From Saccostrea cucullata (taxonomy: Eukaryota): DNA of 64,000 bases. Location: positions 248,001 through 312,000 of the forward strand of contig NW_026928197.1 in the NCBI RefSeq assembly GCF_032062105.1, in the 5' to 3' direction. Shown here one piece after another: positions 11,301 to 22,918 of the stretch (positions are counted from its first letter, which is position 1; each line of letters opens with the position of its first letter). The translations under genes and the position numbers were made by a program. The notes below the pieces were generated by a model. The model was not told where the DNA came from and searched no databases. It worked only from the letters and a program-made list of their open reading frames with translations.

Positions 11301-14300
11301 AGTAACATGAACGCATTTTACGTACTAATATTATTCATTGTACATGATTACATCATCAGCAAAGTGTCTTCTAGAACATAATGAAACATAGAAATTTATT
11401 TTGAAATCTTACTTGTGGGATAAAGACTGAAGTATTGCAAAGTAAATCCCGCCTTTTCGATGCCCATGTCGGACGTGAATACAATATACATGTATTCCCC
11501 TGTGCTTTCATAATAGTCGTTAGTTTTACTTCCAAATAACGTTACCAAGAGGGTTCCACTCGGAGAGTTACCTGATAAAGACGGATATATGATCAATAGG
11601 TAAACATTTTCAATTTTATTAGTGCCAAATTCCCATATCTTAAAATGTCAAATTTTGTTTTATTATTATTTACTGTTTAACCAAACGCTTCAATATGATA
11701 ACCAGTAAAACTTCTCACTTAAATAACAAATCAAACAAACCATATACCCTGAAATCAAAAATAATTCCTACCATCATATATACGTATTTTGTCGAAGAAG
11801 GATTCAGTGTTGATAACGTTAAATACTACCCCCACGGTAGAAGACGAAGTTTCTGCTTGTATCGACCACTGACAGTTGATTGAGCTGTAAAATTAAAATT
11901 CTGTTATTCCTACGAAAGAAATGAAAGCTGTTCAGCAATATTATTAGAGGAAAGCCGAAAGGAGACTAAATTAAACAGCATGATTTCAAAATTGCTTTAC
12001 AACACCTGGCATGTATTTTTCATAATCATTAGGCCTATATTATGATGAATATATTTTGTATAAAGGGCACATAGATGTCGTAGGCGTATTTTTTTGTCTT
12101 TCCGCTGGATTTTTAGGAAACTTTTCAATCTTTTCAAAAATTATGGCCACGATTTATGCTCCACTCCAAGCTGGCCTCTTTTTAGACTAGAATTTAGCAG
12201 AATTTATAATTAAAAAACTTCTACGTGTGAAAAAAAAAACTTACTTTGGACTTCAATTTGACAATGGATATATCTTCAAACTTTTAACCAGTTGAAATAT
12301 TTATTTTCATTCATATTTCTAATCGACATATCAAAGTGAAGTTAAATAAAAGGCAACGCAAAATCGTCCACATCTTGCTTTCTTGAGTGATAGATATTTT
12401 AAATGACAAACTAACCATTAAGCAAAACGACACACGAGATACTAGTATTTGGAGATTTCCACCATGGAAATGCTCTTTTATCATAGGCAATTGCGCCACA
12501 TATGATCTACATATGCATTGCCTCTCATAATCATATGTATACACAATCATATGGATATCATATGTGGATCATATGTGGTGAAGTTGCCTGTATATATTTA
12601 GTATTTTTTTTTCATATAAACTGCATATAATAACCGATTAGGTACACAAGAGCATCGTCTAATTCCATTTGTAATCCGAAACAGACTACAAACTAATACG
12701 TTGATGCTACTAAGCGTTCAACAATTTCCAAATTATAATGGTCGTTATAATGACCTAGTTATTCCCAGGAACCTATGGCTTTTTCATAAATTCTAGAAAA
12801 TTAATGGGAACACGTTCTTTATGTTAAGTCATTACACCAAACCAAGAATTAAGTCATCATATCGATAAGAACAGATTACTTTTATTATAGATTTTTACCT
12901 TGGGTAGTTATAAGGATAGTTCGGAGAGCTGATGGTCGGGGCGGTTCCATGGTGGGCAGACAGTTGTAAAGGGGTACTACACTGTGAGGATACTGAAGAT
13001 AAAGAAGATGGATAAACAAGCCAGCGAAATGCCTACAGTGCGACAGACGTGAAGGTGAAAAATCAAATCTCTAATACATTTTCTTTGATATTTCATCTAA
13101 ACATTAGTGTATACTTTAAGTAATTTGTCTACAATTTGCAAAATTGCACAAAGATTGAAATTGTCTAGCTATACTATTGTTTGCAGCTTACTGTAAAGTT
13201 TCACGTTTCGTCACGATCTTTTTCGTCAGATGCATCCAGCGTAAACAATTCACGTGATTGGTCAACTCAAATTATCAACATTGATACGGAAATAATCTGT
13301 TGCACGAGCAACCAATCAGGGATAAGAAGAAAGTTCCAGTCGTAAAGCTTGCGGTTAGGAGGCGTGTACAATTATACCTTGAGTGCAGCTGTCAACTAGA
13401 TCGTGACGTAACGTGAAACTTTACAGTCAGCTGCAAACAATAGTAAGATAGCAAACACATACTATAGAGGGAGAAAGGGGTCACTTTCTCATACTATAAG
13501 TATAACTAAAATTTTTCGATATGAGTGGGTCGTCGCTCAATTTTTAAAATGTTAATCCTAAAGATTTGAGTAAAAATATATACATGTATATATACTGGTT
13601 AACAAAAAAAGTGACCCGCTTTACCTTAAAAACACATTTATATGACAAAATATTCAATTTAAGGGGAAATATTTAAAGTTGAATCAAGGGATACATCACA
13701 AACATGATTATTTAAAATGGCACTTTACATTAGATGTGTAGCTTTGTGGTTAGTCTCAAAGCAAAATGATAAGTTGGGATTTTTATTGCAAGAGTTAGAA
13801 TTCCACGAATACCACATTATTTTTTAATCAAAAAGAGCAATTTTAGCCGAGAAATGTTTCACTCCGAAAAAAAGAAGATGGGGGATAAGGCGGGCTATAG
13901 TGCGACAGATAAGAAGTGAAAAATTTAATCTCGATTAAATCCAAATTTTATTTGATACACCGTATTTCATCTAATATTAAGATATTAAAGTATACTTTAT
14001 GTAAAATCTCTACAATTTACCAAAATCTCACAAAGACTGAAAATATTTGCCAATGAAAAACTAAAAAGAACAAAAAACGATCATTTTCTCATACTTTAGC
14101 AAAATTTTTCAATATGAGTAGCTCTTCACTCCATTTTTTGAAAGATGATCCTAAAAGTTTGCAATAAAATACACATTTTTTGGTTTACAAAAACATGGAG
14201 CGAAGACCCACTATACCCTATAATTACACTTTTATGACACATTTCCGAGAAATACTTAAGTCTATTTAGTCGCGGGTCATATCACTAACATGATTTAAAT

Positions 14301-15602
14301 GGCAAAAATCACCATGAGTGATGTAGTTAAGGAATAACTGTCTTATTTTTCGAATTCATGAAGTGATCAATGGATTGGCTTGTGTGATAATTTGCATAAA
14401 CGCCGAAGGCGTTTATGCATAAAATTATCACACAAGCCAATCCATTGATCATCTTCATGAATTCGAAAAATCTGACAGTTATTCCTTATATTTACATGCT
14501 TTGATTCCGACAATCCACGGGCTCCAAGCCTGCTTCTCTCTAGGTGTTGTCCCGCCCTGCACGTGGTTTTTTTGGAACCGCGCCAAAACATTCATGAGGA
14601 AATCAATTACATTTACAATTGGTAATTTTATCTCAGACAAAGACATTGGAAATGTAAATATCAAAGTAGATAACGCGTTAGTCTCAAAGCAGTATGCTAT
14701 TGATACGTCGGATTTTTATTGCTAGGGTTCGAATCCCACGAATACTATCTTATAATTTTTTGAAAGAAAAATTTTTTTCCGAGATTTTTTTCTCTCAGAA
14801 AGTTTTTTTTTTCTCATAATTTCAAAAAGAATCAATAATTAGAAGTTAATTGAAATACCCAATCCACATATTGCATATGATTTCTTAATATCTGACGCTA
14901 TAGGCATTCTGCCAGCCTTGTTCCCCCATCTTCTTTTGTTCATCATAATTTTATAAGTTTTAATAATAATAGCTTTACTCTAAATACTTCATTTTCGAAT
15001 TGGACATGGTTTTTGTTTGATTTCTGAAGTTATCGAGTTATAGACATTCTGCACGCTTCTTTCTATAGAATGTAATTATCATTAGGATGAGTAACACGTA
15101 ATTCATTGATGGTGCCAAGAATAACTAGCCAATCATTGTTATTAAAAAAAAACCCTCAAAAGATAAGGTCACGAAATTCAGTCTGAAAACCAAATGTATA
15201 ATTCATTATTGATCAGAAGGAAGGCTGGACATACGAATTTACAAACGGGTCAATAATTTGAATACATCAGTTAGCAAGTCAGGACAATAAAAACATCTTT
15301 TACAATTGTGAAAATACTTAACACACGGCAAAATATTTTGATGATGAAAGGATGGGAAAAGCTTTGAAAAGTGAAAGGCCGTTAAATGTCCAGAGAAAAC
15401 GTTAGAGTGTATAGCAACGTACCTGTTTGGAAGGAAATGGCCAGATAAAAAATAATTGTCACATCGATTACCTGAAATCAGTATTAATATGGAATGAGTT
15501 TGAACAGAAGGTTGTAGACATAAATTAATTAAGTGTAGTTCATTTGAAACACTTTTAGTAACATCGCTTTGAACATACCTGAAATCGACTACATTTGTCC
15601 AT
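4776..15602 (-). CDS. Multi-exon type I membrane protein: signal peptide, 4 CUB domains, single TM, cytoplasmic tail (~740 aa)
   Basis: Coding exons in transcription order: 15602-15579 (MDKCSRFQ), 15471-15423 (VIDVTIIFYLAISFQT, signal), 12992-12899, 11884-11772, 11571-11413 (CUB1), 11104-10987, 10880-10765, 10522-10361 (CUB2), 10233-10101, 10015-9903, 9665-9498 (CUB3), 9400-9292, 8802-8678, 5723-5550 (CUB4), 5341-4776 (TM+tail). All phases are compatible; total 2223 nt = 740 aa + stop. CUB motifs: SPNYP..Y, C.W.I, D...IYDG, F.SD/TD....GF...Y. All acceptors AG; all donors GT except one GC. Confidence 0.9.
6050..6569 (+). mobile_element. Helentron-type non-autonomous element (HINE-like) in a CUB intron
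   Basis: aaacgagg...atcccccgc start, two ~180-bp internal repeats, (ggac)n microsatellite, terminal hairpin ataccctccc...gtgggggtac. Confidence 0.7.
6696..8482 (+). mobile_element. Helentron-type non-autonomous element (HINE) carrying ~9 monomers of 164-169 bp Cg170-like satellite
   Basis: 5' aacaagaggcccacgggcc + ggtcacctgagt subTIR; monomers (ccctggggcc...aattcacaa) phased at 7460, 7624, 7792, 7960, 8129; (gac)-rich tract; 3' hairpin ggtcacctgagtttactcaggtgacc. Family name from recall of oyster repeats. Confidence 0.85.
12483..12592. mobile_element. Small palindromic MITE-like insertion
   Basis: ataggcaattgcgccacatatgatc... / ...gatcatatgtggtgaagttgcctgtat imperfect inverted ends with catatg repeats. 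Confidence 0.55.
13174..13443. mobile_element. Tc1/mariner-type MITE, ~46-bp TIRs, TA TSD
   Basis: ta|ctattgtttgcagcttactgtaaagtttcacgtttcgtcacgatct ... agatcgtgacgtaacgtgaaactttacagtcagctgcaaacaatag|ta. Confidence 0.85.
14328..15140. mobile_element. Fold-back non-autonomous element 2 (palindrome 14328-14488 plus tail)
   Basis: ~75-bp near-perfect arms around GCCGAAGGC (14402-14410); the right boundary is approximate (agccaatca). Confidence 0.7.
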
Positions 15603-16463
15603 GTTATTGTTGATTTGTATAAAGCACAATGGCTAGAGTTAAATCCATAAATGATACGGTCAAAACCTTTAATCGATGAATATTTATTCTAATCTAGATT
15701 AACAAACACATTTAAATGTCGCAGGGTTGGTTTCATTAGGACTAACAAAACCAGTCAACATTTACTATTTCGTATATCCATAGTGTGGTCTGAAATTGAA
15801 GTGACGTTAAAAAGATTTTTGGACATATCAGTAACAAATAGTTGAAACTTCCAGGAAGCTATATACATAGCATAAAAAGAGACTTAATTGTTTACTAACT
15901 GTATATACTAGTATACCTATTGCATTTAAACTGTGGAATTGGGTCTTGGACCATACTATTGAAAAATGTATGTATAATTATATATATAAGTTGTTGGGTC
16001 TAAATAGAAATGATCGATTAGATGGAGTTTAAATACTTGTATTACATTAAAGTTTTAGAATTCAGAGAATGTTTTAAATTCACCGAATTTTAAATTTTCA
16101 GAATTTTGAATTACCAGAATTCAAAAACTTAAATGTAACAGTGGTATTTTCGTTAATTTTTGAAGGCTTGGTCTTTCTGCCACTCTTGAAAGCTACGATT
16201 ATACTGTTTGAAAAATAGATTAAATTACAACTGTATAATATGGTTTTGTAAAATTTAATCAGATCATGTATTGTGTCTTAGACCAAATTATTAAAAATAT
16301 ACTAACGGAAAAAAGGAAACTATGCAATACTTAAAGCCAAAAACATACGAAGAAATATATAAATGACGGTACATTTAATTTAAGAAATAAAGAACAAGTT
16401 TAAAAATTTCAATGGGAATTGAAGTGGGTCGGTCACGTGATCAAATCGTGTGAAGGCCGAAGG

Positions 16464-17340
16464 TATGGCACTCCAAATTCACAAAAATGAGCAAAACGTA
16501 GTTTCACAGTCGATAAACTAAGTTTATCGGTTGTAAACTATAGTTTACGGACTGTAAACTATAGTTAACAACGTTAATCTATATTTTACATCCGTAAACC
16601 ATAGTTAACGCGATAATCTATGTTTCACAACCGTAAACTATACTTAACAGCAAAAACAATCATTTGCGATCGCAAAACATAGATTATCTGATAAATACAG
16701 TATTAACTGTTGTTCATATTGTAAACTATAGTTTGCAAACAATAAACTTATATAATACTGTATAGTTGAACAGAAATATTTCTTCTGAAACATTTTAAAA
16801 CTTTATTTTGGTCTTATTGATCATAAGGGTTTAGATTACATACAGATTAATTATAATAACACATTTTACCAGCAAAATAAAATTCTCAAAAATGCAGCTC
16901 ATATTGCTTTAACAGCAAAAACAATCATTTGCGATCGCAAAACATAGATTATCTGATAAATACAGTTTCACGATTTGTAAACTATAGTTTACAAACCGTT
17001 AACTATAGTTAACGATCTGATAAATATAGTTTCACGATTTGTGAAACTATGATTAACAACTCTTAACTATAGATTACGATTGTAAACTATAGTTTACAAA
17101 CGTGAATCTATGTTTATCAACAAAATCTATTGTTAACGCTTATTACAGACAGATAAACTTAGATTATCATTCGTAAACTATAGTTAACAACCGTTAAATA
17201 TAGTTTTACAGATGAAAACTATACTTAACGAATCGTTAACTATAGTTTACGGTTTGTAAACTATAGTTTACAGTCGATAAACCTAGTTTATCAATTGTGA
17301 AACTATGATTATCTCATTTTTGTGAATTTGGCGTGCTATA
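16464..17340. mobile_element. Non-autonomous DNA transposon with 6-bp TSD (IS3EU-like) and internal ~21-bp gtaaactatagtttac array
   Basis: TIRs tatggcactccaaattcacaaaaatgag / ctcatttttgtgaatttggcgtgctata; cgaagg duplicated at 16458-16463 and 17341-17346; TAY termini plus a 6-bp TSD fit IS3EU. Confidence 0.85.
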
Positions 17341-17950
17341 CGAAGGCTTACTTATAAAAATTAATGATGGGTGTAACATAAGGTTTTGTCATTTAGTGAA
17401 GCTTATCACTAAAAAGGGACGTGAAACCGCATAAGGAACATTTGTGTACATTCCCGTTACATTTATCAATAGTTTTCTTAGCTATCTGAGAATAAAGGAT
17501 TAATACTTTTTATCAAAGTTTATTCTTTCAATATTTTTCCGACAAGGACTTTATAATTATAATAGGGCACTTATTTATCTACATACAAAGCCTTCTCTCT
17601 ATTCAGATTCAGAAAAACAGATGAAAACAATAAATATTTGTGTGGTATTTTTAGATTAAATGGTACAACTAGAAGGACTGGTTAACGTATCTGCATCGTA
17701 TATCATTACATATGCAGTCATTATAACTTATTTCCGTGTTTTAAAGCATGTAAACATATTTCAATACGTGGTAATCAACACATTATTTATATTGTTTTAA
17801 ATAAGTTGTATATAAATAAAGGTTATGGACTTCAAATCTCGGCATTTGTAGCTCAGCTAGCCTGAACCTAAAACAAAAGGAACTATTTGGATTAAGGTTT
17901 TCGTCAGTATGTTCTTTTCATATATTTTCAATTCAATTCATGGGACCAAT

Positions 17951-18257
17951 TTGATTGATTGATTGTATGTTGTTTAACGTCCCTCTCGAGAATTTTTCAC
18001 TAATATGGAGACGACACCATTTGCCGGTGGATCGAGAGCTTCAAATTTTGTCATATACTCTGCACTTACGGCCATTGAGCAGTGAGCGGTCTTTTTCGTG
18101 CCAGCCCTACTGCGACACGGGACTCCGGTTTATATAGAGTCTCGTCCGAAGGACCGGTCTCCACGCACTACAGTGGGATTCGAACCCGCGACGTAAGGAT
18201 CAACTCCCTACCTCTATAGAGCAGACACTCTAACCACTGCGCCACGCGGGCGACTAG
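17951..18257 (-). mobile_element. Full-length tRNA-derived SINE
   Basis: Minus strand box A TGGCGCAGTGG, box B GGTTCGAATCC, central ccttcggacgagac...aaaccggagtcccgtg domain, (CAAT)n tail; 9-bp TSD gggaccaat (17942-17950, 18258-18266). Confidence 0.9.
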
Positions 18258-18444
18258 GGGACCAATATGTTATCATTCTTAAAGGGAATATTTTTTAGCC
18301 TAGTTATAACATACCATAGTAGTTACGTAAACTCTTAACCCGTATACTTGAAACTTCGGAAATATTTACCACGACTTTCATATGAGGAAGATATGTTTCA
18401 CTGATTGAACAGGAAGCTCCCGTTAGAAATCCACAGTAAAAAGT

Positions 18445-19644
18445 ATGACAGTAATGGAAAACTACACCAACGAAACATCGGATACAGTAGAAGAATGGAA
18501 TAGCAAGCTAGCCAGAGTCCTAATTCCAAATAATGTCATCCTTTCTCTTTATATGATTGTAGGATTAGTTGGGAATTCTACCGTGATTTTTATTTACGGA
18601 TTTAAAATGAAAGGCAACAAGATAAAGGGAAACAAAGAAGAAAGATATTTCATTCCATTTCTTGCCACTGCTGATCTATGTGCTTCGCTAGTTTGTGCTT
18701 CGTTTGGAATCGCTCAAAACTTGATGCAGGCGACATTTGATAACGAGCCTTTGTGCAAGACCTGGTGGTTCTTTGCAGGCCTTACCACGTTGATATCAGT
18801 TTTTCTCCTTATAGTCATTGCTGTACACAGATACCTCAAGGTCTGCAAACCTCTCGGAAAACAAATGACATTGAAGTGGAAGTGGTTCGCCTTGGGTTTG
18901 TGTCTAGCAATTGCACTCCCATTAGCGGGGCCCATGACATATTTTTATGGATCGGAATCTTTCTTTAATGATGAATTGAAGATCTACGGTCGCCGATGTG
19001 GAAGATTGAGCACAACGAACAAAACGAGCTCTTTGATATTTGGTGGCTCTCTTGTTCTAACAGCAATTGCAATTATTGTTGTGTTAATCTGTCTGTATTC
19101 CAAAGTGGGGTACACTATTTTTGTACATTTTAAATATACAAAAGTTCTTGGTAACCACAATAAAACAGAATATTCTCGAAGTGGGGTCTCCACTGATGAC
19201 GACCCTTGCAGCAAATCTGACATGAGTTCGTTTGAGACCCTCGAGACACCCACTACGATAACATCGGCTGTGTACTCCACACAGAAGACCACGTGCCAAA
19301 TTGACACACCCGTTAATAAAGACAAACATCTTCCAAAGCAGTCAAGTAGAAAGCGGAGAAGAAATAAGAGAATTGTGCATAAATTTACACTGATGTTCAT
19401 GCTTATTACTATCATATTTATAATTTGTTACATTCCCAAAGTTATTATCATGCTTCTAGAGGCGAGCAACACGAAATTCTGGGAGGGGTTTTCTGATGCC
19501 GGAAGATCTGCCGTGTCGTTTGTTTACAGGATTTACATATTAAACACTGTCACGAATCCATTTATTTATGCCTTTCTTGACAAGAAATTTTCTAAGGAAA
19601 TTAAGAAATTATTTAAATCTTGTAAAATACTACAGTTCAGATAA
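18445..19644 (+). CDS. Orphan class A GPCR, intact, outer subtype (G1, 399 aa)
   Basis: 7 hydrophobic helices; GN (TM1), FLAxxD (TM2), CK..AVHRY (TM3), CYIPK (TM6), NPFIY (TM7); N-glycosylation sequons NYT/NET at the N-terminus; single-exon ORF. Confidence 0.95.
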   Translation: MTVMENYTNETSDTVEEWNSKLARVLIPNNVILSLYMIVGLVGNSTVIFIYGFKMKGNKIKGNKEERYFIPFLATADLCASLVCASFGIAQNLMQATFDNEPLCKTWWFFAGLTTLISVFLLIVIAVHRYLKVCKPLGKQMTLKWKWFALGLCLAIALPLAGPMTYFYGSESFFNDELKIYGRRCGRLSTTNKTSSLIFGGSLVLTAIAIIVVLICLYSKVGYTIFVHFKYTKVLGNHNKTEYSRSGVSTDDDPCSKSDMSSFETLETPTTITSAVYSTQKTTCQIDTPVNKDKHLPKQSSRKRRRNKRIVHKFTLMFMLITIIFIICYIPKVIIMLLEASNTKFWEGFSDAGRSAVSFVYRIYILNTVTNPFIYAFLDKKFSKEIKKLFKSCKILQFR

Positions 19645-20837
19645 TCATAAAACGAGCATATTACTTTTAATTGTTTTCATTCATCTTTATTTTTTTTTAT
19701 TTTTTGATATAAATTGAAAAGAACTTGACTTTTCATGTTCAAAACTAGGCACGGTAGTAGCAATGCCAATGTCGATATATTGGGAATCTTTCAAGTGCAG
19801 AGTGTTATCAATGAAATGTAGTCATTTGCATCTTCTTAATCATCATTCTGTCAAATTTATGAGCAATGTTAGTGTGCCAAATGGACAGAATAAAGTTCAT
19901 TGTACAAAATTGTACAAACTTTAATTTATACATTACTTTAACAATTTTGTGAAAGAAATAAATTTAAAAAAAAACTTTTTAAATAATAAAGAGTAAACTT
20001 TTATTGCTGCATATAGTGTATTTAATGTAGCATAATTACCGAATCTTTTCTTTTAATTACATATATTCAAAAACGTAAAAAGAATCTCTTTTTTCTAAAT
20101 GAATTTGTTATATTTATGGTTTTTCTGGGAGATGGGTTTTTTAAAATTACAACAGGATTTTTTTTAAACCCATTAATGAAAGCTTATGAAAATATTCTAC
20201 ATAAAAAATGAATTTAGTAGAAAAAAAAGAAACGCTGGAAGAAGGTCATCTTAAAATTTTGTTTGTTTACCCTCTCTCCTCCGACTGACTTTAACCTCTC
20301 AATTTTGTTTAACTTCAGGAAAACAATTATGATTTTCTTAAATTTATTTCTTAGTTTTCTCAACCGATTAATAAATATTTTAACATAATTTTCGTGTTTT
20401 TGAAAAAAAAAATCTTTCACTACCTATCGATCCCGATATTTTGATTCTGAGTCGGGAGAGGACAAGTAAATATATTAATATGACCCAATATATTCAACTT
20501 GATTATACATGAGGGAGTGTGTACCAATGAACGTGAAAATAAAAACATACAGGATGTACAACAGGGCGGATGATTTTAATCAAATCAAGGAAGAATTTCC
20601 CTATGCCTTGTATATAGAGAGAGGGGAGAGAAAGAGGAGAGAGCGATTAGAAGGTTGACAACTCGCTGAAGATATTATGATCACGTATCTATATCCCTTG
20701 GCATAGGATCTTTGCTATAATATCAGAAATGTCAGTACATGAACAAAAAAAGAAAAAAAAGAAAAGATATACATGTATAAAAATAGTTTCAGTTAATCCT
20801 GGAAAGTTATCTCTAAGAGGAGCATAACTTCCAATTA

Positions 20838-21178
20838 AAGGGAGTGTTATGAATCATACGTCAAGTGCTACCCGGAAAGGGAGAAACAAAACCGGAGAAT
20901 TGTGCATAAGTTTAACCCGATGTTTATTGTTATAACTGTCATTTTTCTGATCTGTCTTATCTCAAAGGTCATGATTAATTTGTCAGAGGCGAAGAATGAA
21001 AGTTCTGGGAGAGATTCAGAATATGGAAGAGCTGGTGCTTCGTTGCGTACTGAATGTACATTATACATCATCACAAATCTATTCATTTATTCATTCCTAG
21101 ATGAAATATATAGAAAAAAAACTAACAATATTCAAACACGAAAATAAGGATGAAAAGTTGTTTAAAACCTGTAGATGA
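20838..21178 (+). pseudogene. Relic GPCR 3' fragment (TM6-TM7/helix 8)
   Basis: ORF 20902..21147 gives HKFNPMFIVITVIFLICLISKV...ITNLFIYSFLD, a degenerate copy of the family TM6/TM7; the 5' part is absent. Confidence 0.8.
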
Positions 21179-21424
21179 GTTTTGCTTATGTGTTGGTAAT
21201 AGGTAAAAAGTATAGAAAATGACATTTGATTTAAAAAAAAAAAAGCTGATTTAAAAGTTTACATACTAGAAGAATTTCTTTCGGGAAGGTTTAATAAAAT
21301 TTTCTCTGTATAATTTAAAAAAAACTTCCTTATTAATAAAGTATTTTTTTTAAAATGTATTTATTATTTAAACATATAATACATACCACTAAGATATGTC
21401 TGTATAATGACAAGGAAATATCTT

Positions 21425-21872
21425 AATATTGCATTTATCTGAGTGTAACCTTGAAAATTTTCACCCCCAAGAAAACCATTGTCAACCGAGGCGCAGCCAA
21501 GGTTGACAGTGGTTTTCTTGGGGTGAAAATTTTCAATGTTACACTCTGCTACATGCAATATTTATATATTATAAATTCTTGATCTATTTTCACATATATT
21601 ATAAATTCTTGATCTATTTTCAATGTTACACTCAACTACATGCAATATTTATTATATTATACTAAATGTTTTATACAAATACATATAACAGTGAACCGTG
21701 CGCGCATAGATTCTGCGCGGTCGCTTTTTTTTTTTTGGAATATCACCCATCGTCAAGCAATGTTGACTGTTGCTACGCTGGAGGGCGTGGCTTCATTATT
21801 CTGCGGGTAATAGTGTTTTTTAACAAATGTTTCTCGACCAATCAGATTCAACTAATTTACATGAAAGTATAA
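21425..21872. mobile_element. Fold-back non-autonomous element 3 (palindrome 21425-21562 plus tail)
   Basis: ~65-bp arms around GGCGCAGCC (21490-21498); ends gaccaatcagattcaactaatttacatgaaagtataat; absent from the paralogous site at ~28450. Confidence 0.8.
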
Positions 21873-22768
21873 TATTATAAATTCTTGATCTAAAGAATCA
21901 TTAAGCAATATAATTCAGGAGTAGTCCATAATTTATTGTTCACTGACTACCGATTAAGTGAAAATATCGAAAATGCAAAATTCTTTCGGTTGTTTAAGGG
22001 GATGATTTATATAAAATAATAATACATATATATAAATACCAATACCACTGAAACGACAACAGTTAGAATGGATATAAAGGAAAGAAAATAGAGTTCATTG
22101 CGAAAATTGTCCACAACTTTTTGTCGATTGAATTGCCCGAGTACTAGAGGAAGTCATGTAATATGCATACTAAACTTACTGTAATTAGCTTGATGAATTC
22201 GAATTTTTCTATTATCACCCCCCCCCCCCCCCTCGGCCCATTTACCAAAATACAGTTAACACTTTCTATATTACTATCCACGATTTATTCATATTGATGA
22301 TTAACATGTAGTTAATTTGCGCAAGAATCACCCTTGTAAATGTTCTTCTCTGATTTTAATTAATTTTTCATGTTTAAAAAAAAATAGCTGAAGATATTTA
22401 TTTGATAATTTATATAGAGTTGTCATCAAGTTGAATGCACTCAAATTAGTACTTATCATAAAGGAAGCTGTTTAAAAGACCTGTTGGCCCAGATCAATCA
22501 TAATAACAAGTGCATACCTATCGGATTGTCTCTACCAAGAATAAATTACAATATGTCATCTGGGTTTTTTTTAATATCTCAATTCCTTGACCTATTTTGA
22601 AGTAATTATTTGCCTGTATTACTAAAAAATATTTTTCATATTGATTGATTGAATTGATTAAACTTCACATTTGAGCATTTTTGACCTACTGTATTTGGTA
22701 ATTTAATTTATTGATAAACATACAGTAGCAAAGAGTCACGGAAAGCAAAAATGTTAAAAAATGATTTA

Positions 22769-22918
22769 GGTCCTTCGTATAGACATTAAAAACCGAGGCG
22801 CTGGTATGATAAATATCCCTGACCTCAGAGTTGAGTAAAGCCATTCACCGGTACATGGTGACGTGTCTATATGTGTGACAATTCTCGATTGGGACGTAAA
22901 GCAATTTACAATCAATCA
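22769..22918 (+). mobile_element. 5'-truncated decayed copy of the same SINE family
   Basis: ggtccttcg...aaaaccgagg...aattctcga..gggacgtaaa...acaatcaatca matches the 3' half of the 17951-18257 SINE. Confidence 0.7.

Noticed and set aside
14670-14742. B-box-like gggttcgaatccc
   Set aside because: No clear A box or cloverleaf; lies inside the tail of fold-back element 2.
18165-18257. tRNA gene
   Set aside because: The A/B boxes belong to a SINE with body, tail and TSD; no convincing cloverleaf.
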